DNA from: Tubulanus polymorphus
Taxonomy: Eukaryota; Animalia; Nemertea
Assembly: GCF_964204645.1 (NCBI RefSeq)
Contig: NC_134034.1
Location: forward strand, 62,001 to 126,000
Length of the DNA stretch: 64,000 bases
Direction of reading: 5' to 3'
Under the pieces are notes generated by a model. That model did not search any database and had not been told where the DNA came from. It saw only the letters and a list, made by a program, of their open reading frames with translations. Below are positions 39,695 to 54,569 of the stretch, one piece after another. Each line of letters begins with the position of its first letter. Position 1 is the stretch's first letter. The translations under genes were made by a program, and so were the position numbers.

Positions 39695-40150
39695 CTGCTA
39701 GTCTGTGTGTACCACGTCTGCTAGTCTGTGTGTACCACGTCTGCTAGTCTGTGTGTACCACGTCTGCTAGTCTGTATGTATCACGTCTGCTAGTCTGTGT
39801 GTACCACGTCTGCTAGTCTGTGTGTACCACGTCTGCTAGTCTGTATGTATCACGTCTGCTAGTCTGTGTGTACCACGTCTGCTAGTCTGTATGTATCACG
39901 TCTGCTAGTCTGTGTGTACCACGTCTGCTAGTCTGTATGTATCACGTCTGCTAGTCTGTGTGTACCACGTCTGCTAGTCTGTGTGTATCACGTCTGCTAG
40001 TCTGTGTGTACCACGTCTGCTAGTCTGTGTGTACCACGTCTGCTAGTCTGTGTGTACCACGTCTGCTAGTCTGTATGTATCACGTCTGCTAGTCTGTGTG
40101 TACCACGTCTGCTAGTCGGTGTGTATCACGTCTGCTAGTCTGTGTGTACC
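39695..40150. repeat. 23-bp minisatellite (~20 copies)
   Basis: Unit ctgctagtctgt(g/a)tgta(c/t)cacgt. Confidence 0.95.
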
Positions 40151-41506
40151 GGATGTCCGGGAATTTATCGAACGATTTTTGTCTCATCGTTTGTTCATAT
40201 AAAATCAATTAATCGTGAGAAAATACAATTAATACCGAACTGAGTAGTGAGAATAGAGTGCATGCATCATCACGAGCCTCGCTTACCAGGGATACCTCTC
40301 TCATACCGCCTTTACCTTGTTACACCGGATTACTACTAAACTTCTAAACACGCGCTATCCGCTCGGGTGATCCCCTCCCCCGGAGCCTCCCGTCACAGCT
40401 CACCGGATTGAGATCGGAGTGAATCCAATCTGTGATCCGCCGCCGCGGTGCGCGGTTCACTGAAAACCAATTACAGCAGACAGCTGTCCCGTGTCGGTGA
40501 CTATCCCTAGAAAATCGATCGGCGCTGATCACATATTTACAGTCGATTCGTTTTCTATTAAATCTCTCGTCTGTGATCGCTGTTGATCGCTCGTATTTCA
40601 CCGAATACAAACCGATTGAATAAACACATTCCATCTTTCTTTACACAGAATAAATCATTAGATCTTCACCAACTGAGTGAATCGCAACCAACCTCTTTAC
40701 TCGATCATGATACGTGACGTCAAAGGGGGACTTATGGCAGCATAGGGGGACATATGGAGGCGCGGGAATTGTTAGCTAGGTTATCTGATGAGGTCATAGG
40801 GTGGATAATGGGGTAACCATCTTGTTCTGGAAGTATTTAGGTAATTTGATGATGTCATAGGGGGTATTAATGGAGTGCAACCATCTCTATTGAGCGCAAA
40901 CGGCAGATTGTATATATAATGGAGAGGAGAGAGTGCGCGGCTAGGGTTAATTGACTATTAAAGGTGAAACTCAGACTGGGGCTAGGCAGCTATAAAAGCG
41001 CATTCACATTCGCGAAATGTTTATTTTATTCATTTTACGTTGATTAATCGTGTTTCAAACAGTAGTGTCCTGATACTTAATGACCTGACACTGAAGCTGA
41101 CACTATCCTCACCTATCCTCACCTATCCTCATCTATCCTCGTGTATCCTCACCTATCCTCATGTATCCTCACCTATCCTCATGTATCCTCATCTATCCTC
41201 CTCCGTGAGATTCACTGTATGTGTAATATAACTCTTATTTACATACTTAACCATCACACTAGACTTTATGTAAATCTATTCCTATATGCGTTAGTTTATA
41301 TCTGGTCTACTGAAATATGGGGCAAGGGGGAGGTGAGGGGGGGGCGGGAGTGGAGGGGGATGGACGAGCACTGTCTGTTACTGCGTGTAGAGCGCTGTCT
41401 CTTACTGCGCGTAGAGCACTGTCTGATGGTTGCTTTTTAACTCATTGTCCACAATTCGAATGTTCATCACGATTTGGCGAATTAGGATTTATCGATTCGC
41501 CTAAAC

Positions 41507-41559
<53 letters not shown>

Positions 41560-42219
41560 ACGTGTGACGTGTGATTTGATCAGTGATCAGCGAGTCTCGA
41601 CACACGTTACTGTGACTGCTATAAATACCACCAGTTCACGTCTATTTATAGATTATCAATGACTATTAACTTCATAACGTGGAAAAAGACAAAACTGCTG
41701 CCAAAAACCAGCTATTCATAGTTTGTAATACCAATCTGTTACCATTCCTTCCTATATTCCACCAGTTCCACTACTTCTACTAGTTCCACCAGTTCCACTA
41801 CTTGTACAAGTTACGGCGGCTCATGTGTGCAATAAACTGGTTCCACGAGGATTCGAACCTCGACAGGGATTCGAACCCGATGACACTACACCTATGACTA
41901 TTGAACTATATGATGCATGTTATTGTGTAAATGAGATAAGACAGGATTCACGGCTCAATAAAACACACAAATCATTAGTTTTATAGGTTTATCATGCAAA
42001 TGACGTCAAAACTCTTAAATTATCATTGATAAATAAATCCACTCATAGATTTGTAGCACAGTTCCACATTTCTAAATTTCCACAGTTCCACAGTAACTTA
42101 AGTTGAGTCACCTGATCCACCTGATCCAGTTTAACAATTCTCGTTGACAATTTGAATGAAAACAATTGAACTGTATTCAGGAGTCTAGGATTGTCAGACA
42201 ATTCGTGACAAGATGTAAC

Positions 42220-42443
42220 TACCGGAAGTGTCGTCACACTCTGCTGCGCGGTCAATAATCGAACTAACAAACCTGCGCGCGCAGCATCGCGTGCGAACAG
42301 AATCCATAAAAATTCACAAATATTGGTTGAGTTTCCTGATAAAGCGCTCGTACCATTAGAAACCTCTCGGAAGAAAATGGCGGCGAGAGTCATCTTCATT
42401 CCGTGCCGAATAGCCGGTTCCTAGAGATCACTGTCAGGTAATG
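42220..42443 (+). promoter_or_regulatory. Candidate promoter and first exon
   Basis: ETS-type CCGGAAGTG (~42222), GC-rich tgcgcgcgca, YY1-type AAAATGGCGGCG (~42374), then a donor cag|gtaatg (~42437). Confidence 0.4.
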
Positions 42444-42636
42444 TGGTGTTAAGGGCAATGTTTGGGCGCAGCCATATTTGTGTGGAACTTCCTGGATTTC
42501 GTGTTCAATAATTCACCCCTGATTTTGTCTACGATTTTAGATATATGTAATACGTCATTGTTTTTGTTGCAACTGTCTGTCCGCCTGAGTCATGTTTCTT
42601 TTAATTTAAAGGCGTTGAGATCATTCATCCCTCTCA

Positions 42637-42684
<48 letters not shown>

Positions 42685-42795
42685 ACTCATTCGCGCGGAA
42701 ATGAGCAATTTCTATCGTTTTCCGGCTGATAATATCCGGACTACGTGAGCAGTTCGTAGAGAGAATCATTTATACTGATCGTCTTTATGAAGAGT

Positions 42796-42845
<50 letters not shown>

Positions 42846-43110
42846 GTGTAAAGAGAGAGGAGAGACGTGTAAAGAGAGAGGAGAGACGTGTAAAGAGAGG
42901 GCGTGGATAGAGGGTATATTTCTTCAAATTTTCATAAAGCTTCAAGACAGATACCTAATCGGCATCGTCATGGTAGTTTGTAAGAGAATAGTGAACTCAG
43001 TGAAATCAGGCTGAACTCAGCGGGGGAGGGGATGACTCAGTGACATGATGGATGGATTTTGACACCAGTGCGATCAACTCCTAATTATAAACCATATATA
43101 GAGATACCAC

Positions 43111-43378
<268 letters not shown>

Positions 43379-43428
43379 GAGCAATATTTGATTTAAAGGC
43401 GAGATGAAATCCATTTTTGATTGGCGAA

Positions 43429-43690
43429 TTGTGGTGTGGGTGGGGGTTGTGGTGTGGGTGGGAGTTGTGGTGTTGGTGGGGGTTGTGGTGTGGGTGGGAG
43501 TTGTGGTGTGGGTGGGGGTTGTGGTGTGGGTGGGGGTTGTGGTGTGGGTGGGAGTTGTGGTGCAGGTGGGAGTTGTGGTGTGGGTGGGAGTTGTGGTGTG
43601 GGTGGGAGTTGTGGTGTGGGTGGGAGTTGTGGTGTGGGTGGGAGTTGTGGTGCAGGTGGGAGTTGTGGTGCAGGTGGGGGTTGTGGTGCA
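43429..43690. repeat. 18-bp G-rich minisatellite
   Basis: Unit ttgtggtgtgggtggg(a/g)g. Confidence 0.95.
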
Positions 43691-44047
43691 GCAGTTTCTA
43701 CCGCGCAGGAAACAGTCATGTGTTATTTTATGTTATTCCAAGCGATTCATCCGTCATTTCAGTAATTGGAAAAAAACGATGAAATCCACTTGGAATCAGT
43801 GTAATAGATATATCACACCTGTCTGACTGACTCCAGTCCATTAGTTGATAACTTCACACAAAAAAAAACATACTTTTCACACGTGGACAAAATATGTAAT
43901 TTCTAAACATATAAATCTTTATCAGAACACGACAATAGTTCAGTAGTTTCTGCCGCATATTGCATTATTGTAAACGCAGTCTTGATGACGTCATAGGAGG
44001 ATTTATTATCCCTCCCAATCCCATCTATATAGGCGGCCATCTTTATA

Positions 44048-44677
44048 GGTGGAATCTGTAGGTATTTTATGATGTCATAGGGGGATTGACTATAAGAGGC
44101 TGACATCTGAGGTGGAATCTGTAGGTATTTTTATGATGTCATAGGGGGATTGACTATAAGAGGCTGACATCTGAGGTGGAATCTGTAGGTATTTTATGAT
44201 GTCATAGGGGGATTGACTATAAGAGGCTGACATCTGAGGTGGAATCTGTAGGTATTTTTATGATGTCATAGGGGATTGACTATAAGAGGCTGACATCTGA
44301 GGTGGAATCTGTAGGTATTTTTATGATGTCATAGGGGGATTGACTATAAGAGGCTGACATCTGAGGTGGAATCTGTAGGTATTTTATGATGTCATAGGGG
44401 GATTGACTATAAGAGGCTGACATCTGAGGTGGAATCTGTAGGTATTTTATGATGTCATAGGGGGATTGACTATAAGAGGCTGACATCTGAGGTGGAATCT
44501 GTAGGTATTTTATGATGTCATAGGGGGATTGACTATAAGAGGCTGACATCTGAGGTGGAATCTGTAGGTATTTTATGATGTCATAGGGGGATTGACTATA
44601 AGAGGCTGACATCTGAGGTGGAATCTGTAGGTATTTTATGATGTCATAGGGGGATTGACTATAAGAGGCTGACATCT
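44048..44677. repeat. 63-bp minisatellite (~10 copies) built on the dispersed tgatgtcatagggggatt motif
   Basis: Unit ggtggaatctgtaggtattttatgatgtcatagggggattgactataagaggctgacatctga. Confidence 0.95.
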
Positions 44678-44971
44678 GTTCAGGTTTGATGTTTTTATTG
44701 TGTATGTATTGTTTATGGATGTAATAATGAATGTTGATATTTGATTGTTACTCGACTGACCACTCGTCCCCCTCCCCCCTCTCTCTCCCCTCTCTCCCCC
44801 CTCTCTCCCCCCTCGGCTGGTAGTTAATACCCGCGGGTTTATTAACATGCACAAGAGTTTCTTTATTATTAATAAGCGCGCGCGTTGTGAAGGTCGCGTG
44901 ATTGATTACTATTATACACATTGTGTGTATCTGAGTGCATTCTTATGTACGTAATGGTTCAAATCATTCAT

Positions 44972-45588
44972 CCCTCTCACTCCTCTCACTCCTCTCACTC
45001 CCCCCTCTCACTCCTCTCACTCCCCCCTCTCACTCCTCTCACTCCCCCACTCACTCCTCTCACTCCACCCTCACTACTCTCACTCCCCCCTCTCACTCCT
45101 CTCACTCCCCCCTCTCACTCCCCCCTCTCACTCCCCCTCTCTCTCCCTCTCACTCCCCCTCTCACTCCTCTCACTCCTCCCTCTCACTCCCCCACTCTCC
45201 CCTCTCACTCCTCTCACTCCCCCTCTCACTCCTCTCACTCCCCCTCTCACTCCTCTCACTCCTCTCACTCCCCCTCTCACTCCTCTCACTCCACCCTCTC
45301 ACTCCTCTCACTCCCCCTCTCACTCCCTCTCACTCCCCCTCTCACTCCTCTCACTCCTCTCACTCCCCCTCTCACTCCTCTCACTCCACCCTCTCACTCC
45401 TCTCACTCCCCCCTCTCACTCCCCCCTCTCACTCCCCCTCTCTCTCCTCTCACTCCCCCTCTCACTCCCCCTCTCTCCCTCTCACTCCTCTCACTCCCCC
45501 CTCTCACTCCTCTCACTCCCCCCTCTCACTCCCCTCTCTCCCTCTCACTCCTCTCACTCTCCCTCTCACTCCCCCTCTCACTCCCTCT
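44972..45588. repeat. ctctcactcc-based low-complexity array
   Basis: Direct reading. Confidence 0.9.
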
Positions 45589-45834
45589 AAGTTCATGAGA
45601 CCCATGATAGGTTAACGGGGTTTCTTTATCAATTTACAGTTCCACAGTGACGCTCGGGAGTTAGGGTTCAGGTTTTAATGCTCTCTCTAAGCTACAGGCT
45701 AGGGCTATAGATAGGATACCGATATCTCACTTATCAATGTTTAACATCGGTCTTTAACAGTTCCGTAGCAGCAGCGAACAAGAACAAGAAACTAGTGTTA
45801 ACAGGTTTTATCAGAACTGCAGACTGGAGGAGAT

Positions 45835-46790
45835 ACGGTCAGTCTGTGGGTATACCGGTCAGTCTGTGGGGTATACCGGTCAGTCTGTGGGGTATACCGG
45901 TCAGTGTGTGGGTATACCGGTCAGTGTGTGGGTATACCGGTCAGTGTGTGGGTATACCGGTCAGTGTGTGGGTATACCGGTCAGTCTGTGGGTATACCGG
46001 TCAGTGTGTGGGTATACCGGTCAGTGTGTGGGTATACCGGTCAGTGTGTGGGTATACCGGTCAGTGTGTGGGTATACCGGTCAGTGTGTGGGTATACCGG
46101 TCAGTCTGTGGGTACACCGGTCAGTCTGTGGGGTATACCGGTCAGTCTGTGGGTATACCGGTCAGTCTGTGGGTATACCGGTCAGTCTGTGGGTATACCG
46201 GTCAGTGTTGGGTATACTGGTCAGTCTGTGGGTATACCGGTCAGTCTGTGGGTAAAGCGGTCAGTCCGTGGGTATACCGGTCAGTCTGTGGGTATACCGG
46301 TCAGTCTGTGGGTATACCGGTCAGTCTGTGGGTACACCGGTCAGTCCGTGGGTATACCGGTCAGTCCGTGGGTATACCGGTCAGTCCGTGGGTATACCGG
46401 TCAGTCTGTGGGTATACCGGTCAGTCTGTGGGGTATACCGGTCAGTCTGTGGGTATACCGGTCAGTCTGTGGGTATACCGGTCAGTCTGTGGGTATACCG
46501 GTCAGTCTGTGGGTATACCGGTCAGTCTGTGGTGTATACCTGTCAGTGTGTGGGTATACCGGTCAGTCTGTGGGTATACCGGTCCGTCTGTGGGTATACC
46601 GGTCAGTCTGTGGGTATACCGGTCAGTGTGTGGGGTATTCCGGTCAGTGTGTGGGTATACCGGTCAGTGTGTGGGTATACCGGTCAGTCTGTGGGTATAC
46701 CGGTCAGTCTGTGGGTATACCGGTCAGTCTGTGGGTATACCGGTCAGTCTGTGGGTATACCGGTCAGTCTGTGGGTATACTGGTCAGTTT
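45835..46790. repeat. 20-bp minisatellite (~47 copies)
   Basis: Unit ggtcagt(c/g)tgtgggtatacc. Confidence 0.95.
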
Positions 46791-48099
46791 TGGAATACTG
46801 GGGATATTCCTGTCAGTGTGTGAACTTGCGAGATGCTTTCAGGGATAAAATGATCTGAGTTCAATAGGTTTTCACTGATTGACTGATCACCGCACGCGTT
46901 CCTAATCATCGACCTTACTCTCATTGCCCGTTTGCCTGCCTGCCTGTGTCGTTGATTTGACCCGTATCTAATCGACCCTCTCTCATCGCCTCGTTAACTG
47001 TTATGATGAACCGATGATTTGATAATGAAGACAGTAACTGAATTGACGAAACGATAAACTAGACCAGCAGCAGGCAGCAGCAGCGAACTCTATGAGTTAT
47101 CAGACAGACCCCCCGCGACGAGTTGTTGTTTGTTGTCGAGATTCTCGTATCGTGTTTTACATGTGAAGGAGCTGACAACACTCTTAATTCTAATCCGCGT
47201 CTCTCTCTCTCCCCCTCTCCCCCTCTCTCCCTCTCTCTCCCTCTCTCTCCCTCTCTCTCCCTCTCCCCCTCTCCCCCTCTCTCCCTCCCTCCCTCTCACC
47301 CTCTCTCCCTCTCACCCTCTCCCCCTCTCTCCCTCTCACCCTCTCACCCTCTCCCTCCCTCCCTCTCACCCTCTCTCCCTCTCTCCCTCTCACCCTCTCT
47401 CCCTCTCACCCTCTCTCCCTCCCTCCCTCTCACCCTCTCCCCTCTCTCCCTCTCACCCTCTCCCCCTCTCTCCCTCTCTGTCTCTCTCTTGCTCGAGTCT
47501 CGGAGCGATGTTGAATCGACCTGCTCAAGGTATAAACCGGATTAGCTGTGGCGCCCCGCAACACACGGAACGCGATCTTTACAAATCAGGTTTCAACTGT
47601 TTAACTAACTCGCCGGGGAATCCTTTGAATCTGTTCAACCCGTTAAAGAGTATCTGAAACAAATCGAGAATCATTTCTAATTCAATTCTGGTTGTTGCGG
47701 ATTCAGAATATAATGTGTTTTTCTATTGATGACCAGCAGTTTGTAGAGATTGTTCTCAGTTCTTTCTTTCTCTCCCTCTATGATTTCTACCCAAAGTCGT
47801 TTCGCCGAATCGTTTGTCGTTTAATGCCGTTTCCGAGAAATGCGTGGATTTTTGCTGCTGCTGCGGTTGCGGTGGTTAATAGAGTGAAACGCGCGCAAGT
47901 CACTCGATTCGATCACTCTCTCAACAGGGATTCAACAGAATAAATGGGAAAATCACTTCACTCAGTTTTCTTTTCTGTCCAGAAAATCGTTCGTCGTGAA
48001 ATCAGAACATTTTAGGTGCATTCACACAAATAACAGTCGACGCGTTCGGCTCGGGTTACAGAATACACCTTCACAACAACCGGGCGACGAGTACAAAAA

Positions 48100-48331
<232 letters not shown>

Positions 48332-49454
48332 CACGATACTTCAAACACTACAGCCATGTATAATTACCCGGCCAATTAGCGAGGACTCAGAGAGAGAGAG
48401 AGAGAAAGAGCAGGGAGATTCTTACGCTTAAAAAAACCCGAACACGGGATGGATGGAGAAGTAAGGGGTGGAGGTAACAGAGCTACCGAAACAAAATATA
48501 ATTATCACGTGAGGCAGGGACAGAGACAGAGGCAGGAGAGAGAGGGAGAGAGAGAGAGGGAGAGCCAGGAGAGGGAGAGGGAGAGAGAGAGAGAGAGAGC
48601 CAGGAGAGGGAGAGCGAAGGAGAGCATAATTGAATTTTCCGCATCGAACACAATTTCATGATTTGATTTGAAAAAAAATATTGAGAAATCTATGAAAACA
48701 AATTGATGGGTTCGAATGCGTCATGTTTGTGCGGGGATAGTGTACAACTAACACATAGACGTAAAACTTGATTTGAATATGAATCAAGTGAATCCGATGA
48801 TTGATGATTCCTGGTGATTCTCCGCTTCTATTCATCACGCGACGTCAATTCAATAAACTGAATGTCGAGTATCGAAAATTGAAAGTCTTAAATGGAAAAT
48901 GTTTCTATAATCGGCCAGTAATTGGCGTCGGTTTATCAGAACGTGACGTCATGTAACCGTCCCTGGGAAGCGAGGATTTGAGGTGTTTTGGTTGAAATCA
49001 TTTTAATAAGCCAAATTAGAACGTTTCGTAAAAAATACCGATTTTAGACTTATATACTCTACACGCAATGAATGTAGGTCACCTGTGACAACACGTGACA
49101 CGTGATACACACGTGATACACGCTAACACTACCAACTCTAGAATCCTAGGTCACACGACCAGCTGTGACGTCATACCCCGGCCGGACAACCACTAACCCT
49201 AGCCCTACGATACGTGACCACCGGTGACAGGTAACACTAGTCAGCCAATCATCGCTACGAGTGACGTACACAGCAGCTCCTGTGGACTGAGACAGTATAG
49301 ATAATGTGAGTGATAACTCACAGCTGAATCCACCACAGTCTCAGTCTCATCTACTCTCTCATCTCTCATCTCAGATGAGAGATGAGATAATCCGCTACCT
49401 CACGCGATCCTACAGTTTATTAAACCCGCACCAATCCTCACTCCATACATACAA

Positions 49455-49680
49455 TAGGTCCGACAGCAGGTCAGACCGACAGCAGGTCAGACCGACAGCA
49501 GGTCAGACCGACTGCAGGTCAGACCGACGGCAGGTCAGCCCGACAGCAGGTCAGACCGACGGCAGGTCAGCCCGACAGCAGGTCAGACCGACAGCAGGTC
49601 AGACCGACAGCAGGTCAGACCGACAGCAGGTCAGACCGACGGCAGGTCAGACCGACGGCAGGTCAGACCGACAGCAGGTT
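49455..49680. repeat. 16-bp minisatellite (~13 copies)
   Basis: Unit caggtcagaccgac(a/g)g. Confidence 0.95.
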
Positions 49681-51991
49681 TGCTCGTCCTCCTACCGAGT
49701 CCAGCACCCCCGTTATTGTAACCGGTCCCGAGGAGCAATTAACATCACATCAATAACTGTGGCGCACCAGGACTAGTCACGTGATCACACACACCACAAA
49801 CCAGTCTACTGTTTACCGTTAGATAATTAAGACAACACTCGTTCACACCCTGCAGTGGTAATTCGCTTGTGACGTCATACGTTTCTCAGTAATCACTCGG
49901 AGCGGTTTCTGTGAACTCGACCACGGTCCGTGTCCCGGTCCGGATCCCCATCTGGTTAATATATTTTGTGTCGTCGCGAACAGTTTTTTTTTATAACTGC
50001 TTTCAGGAATCTATTTCTGATATTGATTCGGTAAACAACAGACTGAGAACTGGTTTATTCAATCAATACCTGACAATAAACCGACGTGCTAACTTCAAAC
50101 ATAACCCTGTTCAACAATATCCTGTTTAAAACGCTGGACTCAAATTTCACCGTGGGATTGGGTTCTGAGCTGTGAGATTGGGTTCAGTACTGCGGAACCG
50201 AGTCATGAACTGCGGAACCGAGTCATGAACTGCGGAACTGGGTTCAGAACTGTGGAACTGGGTTCGGAACTGTGGAACTGGGTTCGGAACTGTGGAACTG
50301 GGTTCAGAACTGTAAAACTGTTTTTAGGCTCATTTCAGATTTATTTCCAGTCAAATCTGACATTTTTCAAAAGAGATTCATGACAAGATCCTCGTATTTG
50401 AAATAAGCTTTTAAAACCTCTATTTTTATCTTCAGATTGTGATCAACAGAAATAGGAAGAGTTTGTTAACAACTGCTGCGAGTCCGCGCTGGATCAAACT
50501 GGAGATCTCCTCACACGTAACCTGCACTGACGGCTCTACGTGCCGATTGTCTAACGTTATAACGCTGCCACGTCATATTTTATCTAACGTTTTGATCGCT
50601 ATAGAACGTCTTTAGTAACGTTACCGACGAAGCCTATCCTACAGCAATTTCCGAACGCCGCGAAACGTCCGTGTAAAACGTTGATCAAACGTATCAACGC
50701 TAGCTATCAGCGTATCTTTCGATTGAACTAATCATTCCGTCAACACCGACGGCGTAACGCAACGTTGACGAGTCTTACGTTGATGCCAGATAACCGTTTT
50801 GTATCGGGTCGAACGCTAGCGATTGTTTGCGCCGCTGCGACGGAAATCCGCCGAACTCTTACCATTTACTCGCGCGATGATATTTTTAGAGAACGAAGCG
50901 ATAATCAATATCTTCAGGTCTCTTAAAACGCTATCGATCAACGTTTACGTAACGCTTAACGTTGGATATAAAGAGATGAAGCGTTTGGCGTAAAATACGT
51001 CGCAAATCAAGCGTTTTGTACTGACGCCACCGCAACTACGTACGTACGATATCCGAGACGTTGACGGCGTTTTACGTCAATGTCTACAAAACTAGCGTTT
51101 TGGATGTTTGCGTTGAGATACGTTTATCTCTCGTTGACTGATATATAAGGTAATGTCGGTAAATTGCGTACGTTATTATTAACGTAAAGAACGGAGTGGA
51201 TTCGATCTCTGAAGACACTCGCGGAAAGTAACGACGCGCGCACTTCACCTCAGGACAGCTTAAACCCGTCCGCCCTCTCCGCCGCCGCCCTCTCCGCCGC
51301 CGCCGCCGCCGCCGCCGCCACCGTGTTCACGTGTGAACCGACAAATAAAACGTCTGTTTGTTTTTGTGCTGAACTAATTTAAAGTTCTCTACGCCTTAAA
51401 GGGCTGAAATCTGAACGGTAAAAATAATTGAAATAGTTTCATATCTGCAAAGAAACGCCAGGGAGAGAGAGAGAGAGAAGGAGAGAGAGACAGAGAGAGA
51501 GAGACAGAGAGAGGGAGAGAGAGTTGTTATATTTAGGTGGTGTAACTAGTGAATGACTGATGGAACCACCTCGGGTTGTTATGTGATAGTTTAATGAATT
51601 GATACCGCAGGACTGACTGACTGTAATACCAGCTCGCTGTCTGTTCGTCTATTAACCAGAAACATTGTTTCATTTCGCGGTTTTTGTGAACATTATTACC
51701 AGCTAAAAGGAGCTTTTTATTCTACTAAATAGAATTCTATATGTTGACCTTGAGATGAATCTCGGAGACTCGATTAAACCTTTGAGAATTTCACGTAACC
51801 GCGAAACTCGTTTTTACGGTGGATATTTTCTAACGATCCGAAGATAAATGAAGAATTGGAAATATAAAATTTATTCGATTAGAATAGTGTGGAGAACATC
51901 CGGTGCATCTCGGAGACTAGAATAACGATAGATTTCGTCGCGAATCGAAATTTTCGAAAAATAGGAGAACAAAATAAAGAAGGCCGCAATC

Positions 51992-52211
51992 ATGGATTAT
52001 GACTCTGTGTCTAGTTATAACGGTTCACTAATCGACCCTACTCCATTTTATCCCCCTGTGAACACCAGTGATGAACTATTCAAATTATGGACGTTAAAAT
52101 ATGAATTCCCGAATTTCACATTCACGCAAAACATGCTGTCTTTACTTTATAACAGAACTCTGAACCATCAGCGATGTCTGGTTGATTTCTGGTCAAAGCC
52201 ATACCCAACCG
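51992..52211 (+). CDS. First coding exon of a probable class B (secretin/calcitonin/CRF-type) GPCR; the rest of the gene probably lies beyond the window
   Basis: ATG in good context (gcaatcATGG). MDYDSVSSYNGS...VNTS...NFT...YNRTLNHQRCLVDFWSKPYPT has four N-glycosylation sequons and ends at a phase-1 donor G|gtgagt. Helix-Cys-x(6)-KPYPT followed by a phase-1 intron resembles the start of the class B hormone-binding ectodomain. The next Cys/W-D exon was not found. Confidence 0.5.
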
Positions 52212-54318
52212 GTGAGTAATGCTTTCTATTATTCATATATATATATATATATATATAACTATGTTTATAAGTGGTTCATTTTCGCTCCACCAGGGGGTGT
52301 TAGTAGTAAGCGTTTTTGTTTCGTCGTCCGTAAAAAGATTTACAAAATTATTTATTTTGACTCCGCTAATGGCCATAAGAATTGAAAAATGGCGTAATTG
52401 ATGATTTTACGTCACCAGGGGGCGTTAGTGGTGATATTTCACGTTGAATCTCGTAGTAGAATAGTATAGTATTTGGTGGTGGCCTGGTCGGTCGGTTTAA
52501 CTGACTCTATATTGTGTTACTGTCTGGCGGCATGTTTAACAAACACTCATTCATTACACATTATTATCTACTGTTTTAATTTGTTTGTTCTGATGATTTA
52601 TGTCAAAACATTTCATTCATCCCCGCAAACATCGAGAGGAGAGAGAGGGGAGAGGAGAGAGGGGAGAGAGGAGAGAGGGAAGAGAGCAGAGAGAGGGGAG
52701 AGAGGAGCGAGAGAGGGGAGAGAGCAAAGAGAAGGGAGAGAGGAGTGAGAGAGAGAGGGAAGAGAGAGAGGAGGGAGAGAGGGAGAGGAGAGAGGAGAGA
52801 GAGAGGGAGAGGAGGGAGAGGAGGGAGAGAGGGAAAGAGGAGAGAGAGGAGGGAGGGAAGAGAGGGGTCTGCGAGCCGGTTTCGACCGCTATTCCGGGTC
52901 AGGTGAAGGTCGAAGGAAGGTCACTGCTGCAGCAGACGGTAGGAGCGGAAGTAAGTAGGTGGAACTCATTTACTGATTGTTTGTTATTCATAAAATGTCG
53001 AAGGTTTGATGATATATGATATATGATATATGATATATGATATATGTATGTATGATAAAGCACGTGTTTATCGAGTTACATGTAGAGAGAGGACAGGGAG
53101 AATACCCGGATGTTATTGTCACGGAAATGGAAGATTTGAATCACCAGCCTCGGTTTCAAATTCTCATTCAAACTCGCGCATATCTCAACGTGAGATGAAA
53201 CTTTTTAACTCTGCGTCCTGCGAGGGTTAAACCAGTTTGTAGCCTCGGTCCGTGGCCAGGAGGGTTAATTTGGACCCTGGGTCTGACAGCGCGTTGTTGA
53301 CAGGTTGACAGCTGCGACTCTTTCGAAATTTCATATTTTTTCACCGGAATCCGTTGACAATTCCCCGGATGTAATCGATAAATACAATTATCGATTTTCG
53401 CTCAATTGTTGCCGTATCCACGAGCGAGTAGAGATCACGTGACGTAATTAGCGACATTTCATGGCGCCATTTGTCAGTGGAATGTCGTAGATCTGATATC
53501 CTATGTACATTTATCGACTGTCGTTGAGTTGCTTGTCGAATCGAGTTAATGTTCCGGTTTTTGCAATTAAAGTCTGGATAATTGTGAAGATATTTCCGGT
53601 GGTGATGTAGTTTTATAACCACGTGATTCTAGTGGCGCTGAGAAGCGACTTTCATACCGTTACATCGTCTTTCCTCGTCTCTTTCATCGTATATCCTCCT
53701 CTCTCTCCTCCTCTCTCCTCTCTCTCTCTCCCCATCTCCTCTCTTCTGTCTCCTCGTCTATCCTCCTCTCCTCCCTCCTTTTTCCAGCTCTACTCGCCTG
53801 GTAGACACTGGAGTTCTCAGTGAACCCCCTCCCTTCACAGCTGTAGCGACCCCTAACGACGAGAACAAACATTAGGGTTCTCAGTGACCTCTAGCGACCC
53901 CTAGCGACTAGAAAAGATAATCTTCGTGACGCCTGACGTGATGAAAATCAATAACGCTAAAGCTGTAGAATACGTTTCTATGAAGACTAAAAATAAATGC
54001 TTTTATAGAATTATTTGCTTTTTGATTAAATAAAGTTATTTCAGTCTGTCGTGTTTCAGACATTAGTGCGACCTTTACATATTGAAAACACCCTTCACGA
54101 TCAGCCCGAGGCCGCGGCGGGTCTACTTGAAAATGAGAACTGCTATCTATTTTAAACTGCTCCCCAACGGTGAATATTATAAATACAGTTTGACACAGAT
54201 TTCAACGTGTTTCAAAAAATACCGAATCGATTTCCATTTCAGTGTCTGCTTTCATAAAGTAGGCGATAATCATTTCCCTATTTCACACTTCTCCCTCTCC
54301 CCCTCCCTCTCCCCTCCT

Positions 54319-54359
<41 letters not shown>

Positions 54360-54532
54360 TCCCGTTCCCCCTCCCTCTCCTGGCTCTCTCTCTCTCTCTC
54401 TCTCAGCTCCCTTCCTCCCTCCCCCTTCCCTCTCCTCTCCCTCCCTCCCTCTCTTTCTCTCTCTCTCTCCCTCTCTCTGCTCACTCTCTCTCTCTCTCTC
54501 TCTCTCCCTCTCCCGTTCCCCCTCCCTCTCCT

Positions 54533-54569
<37 letters not shown>

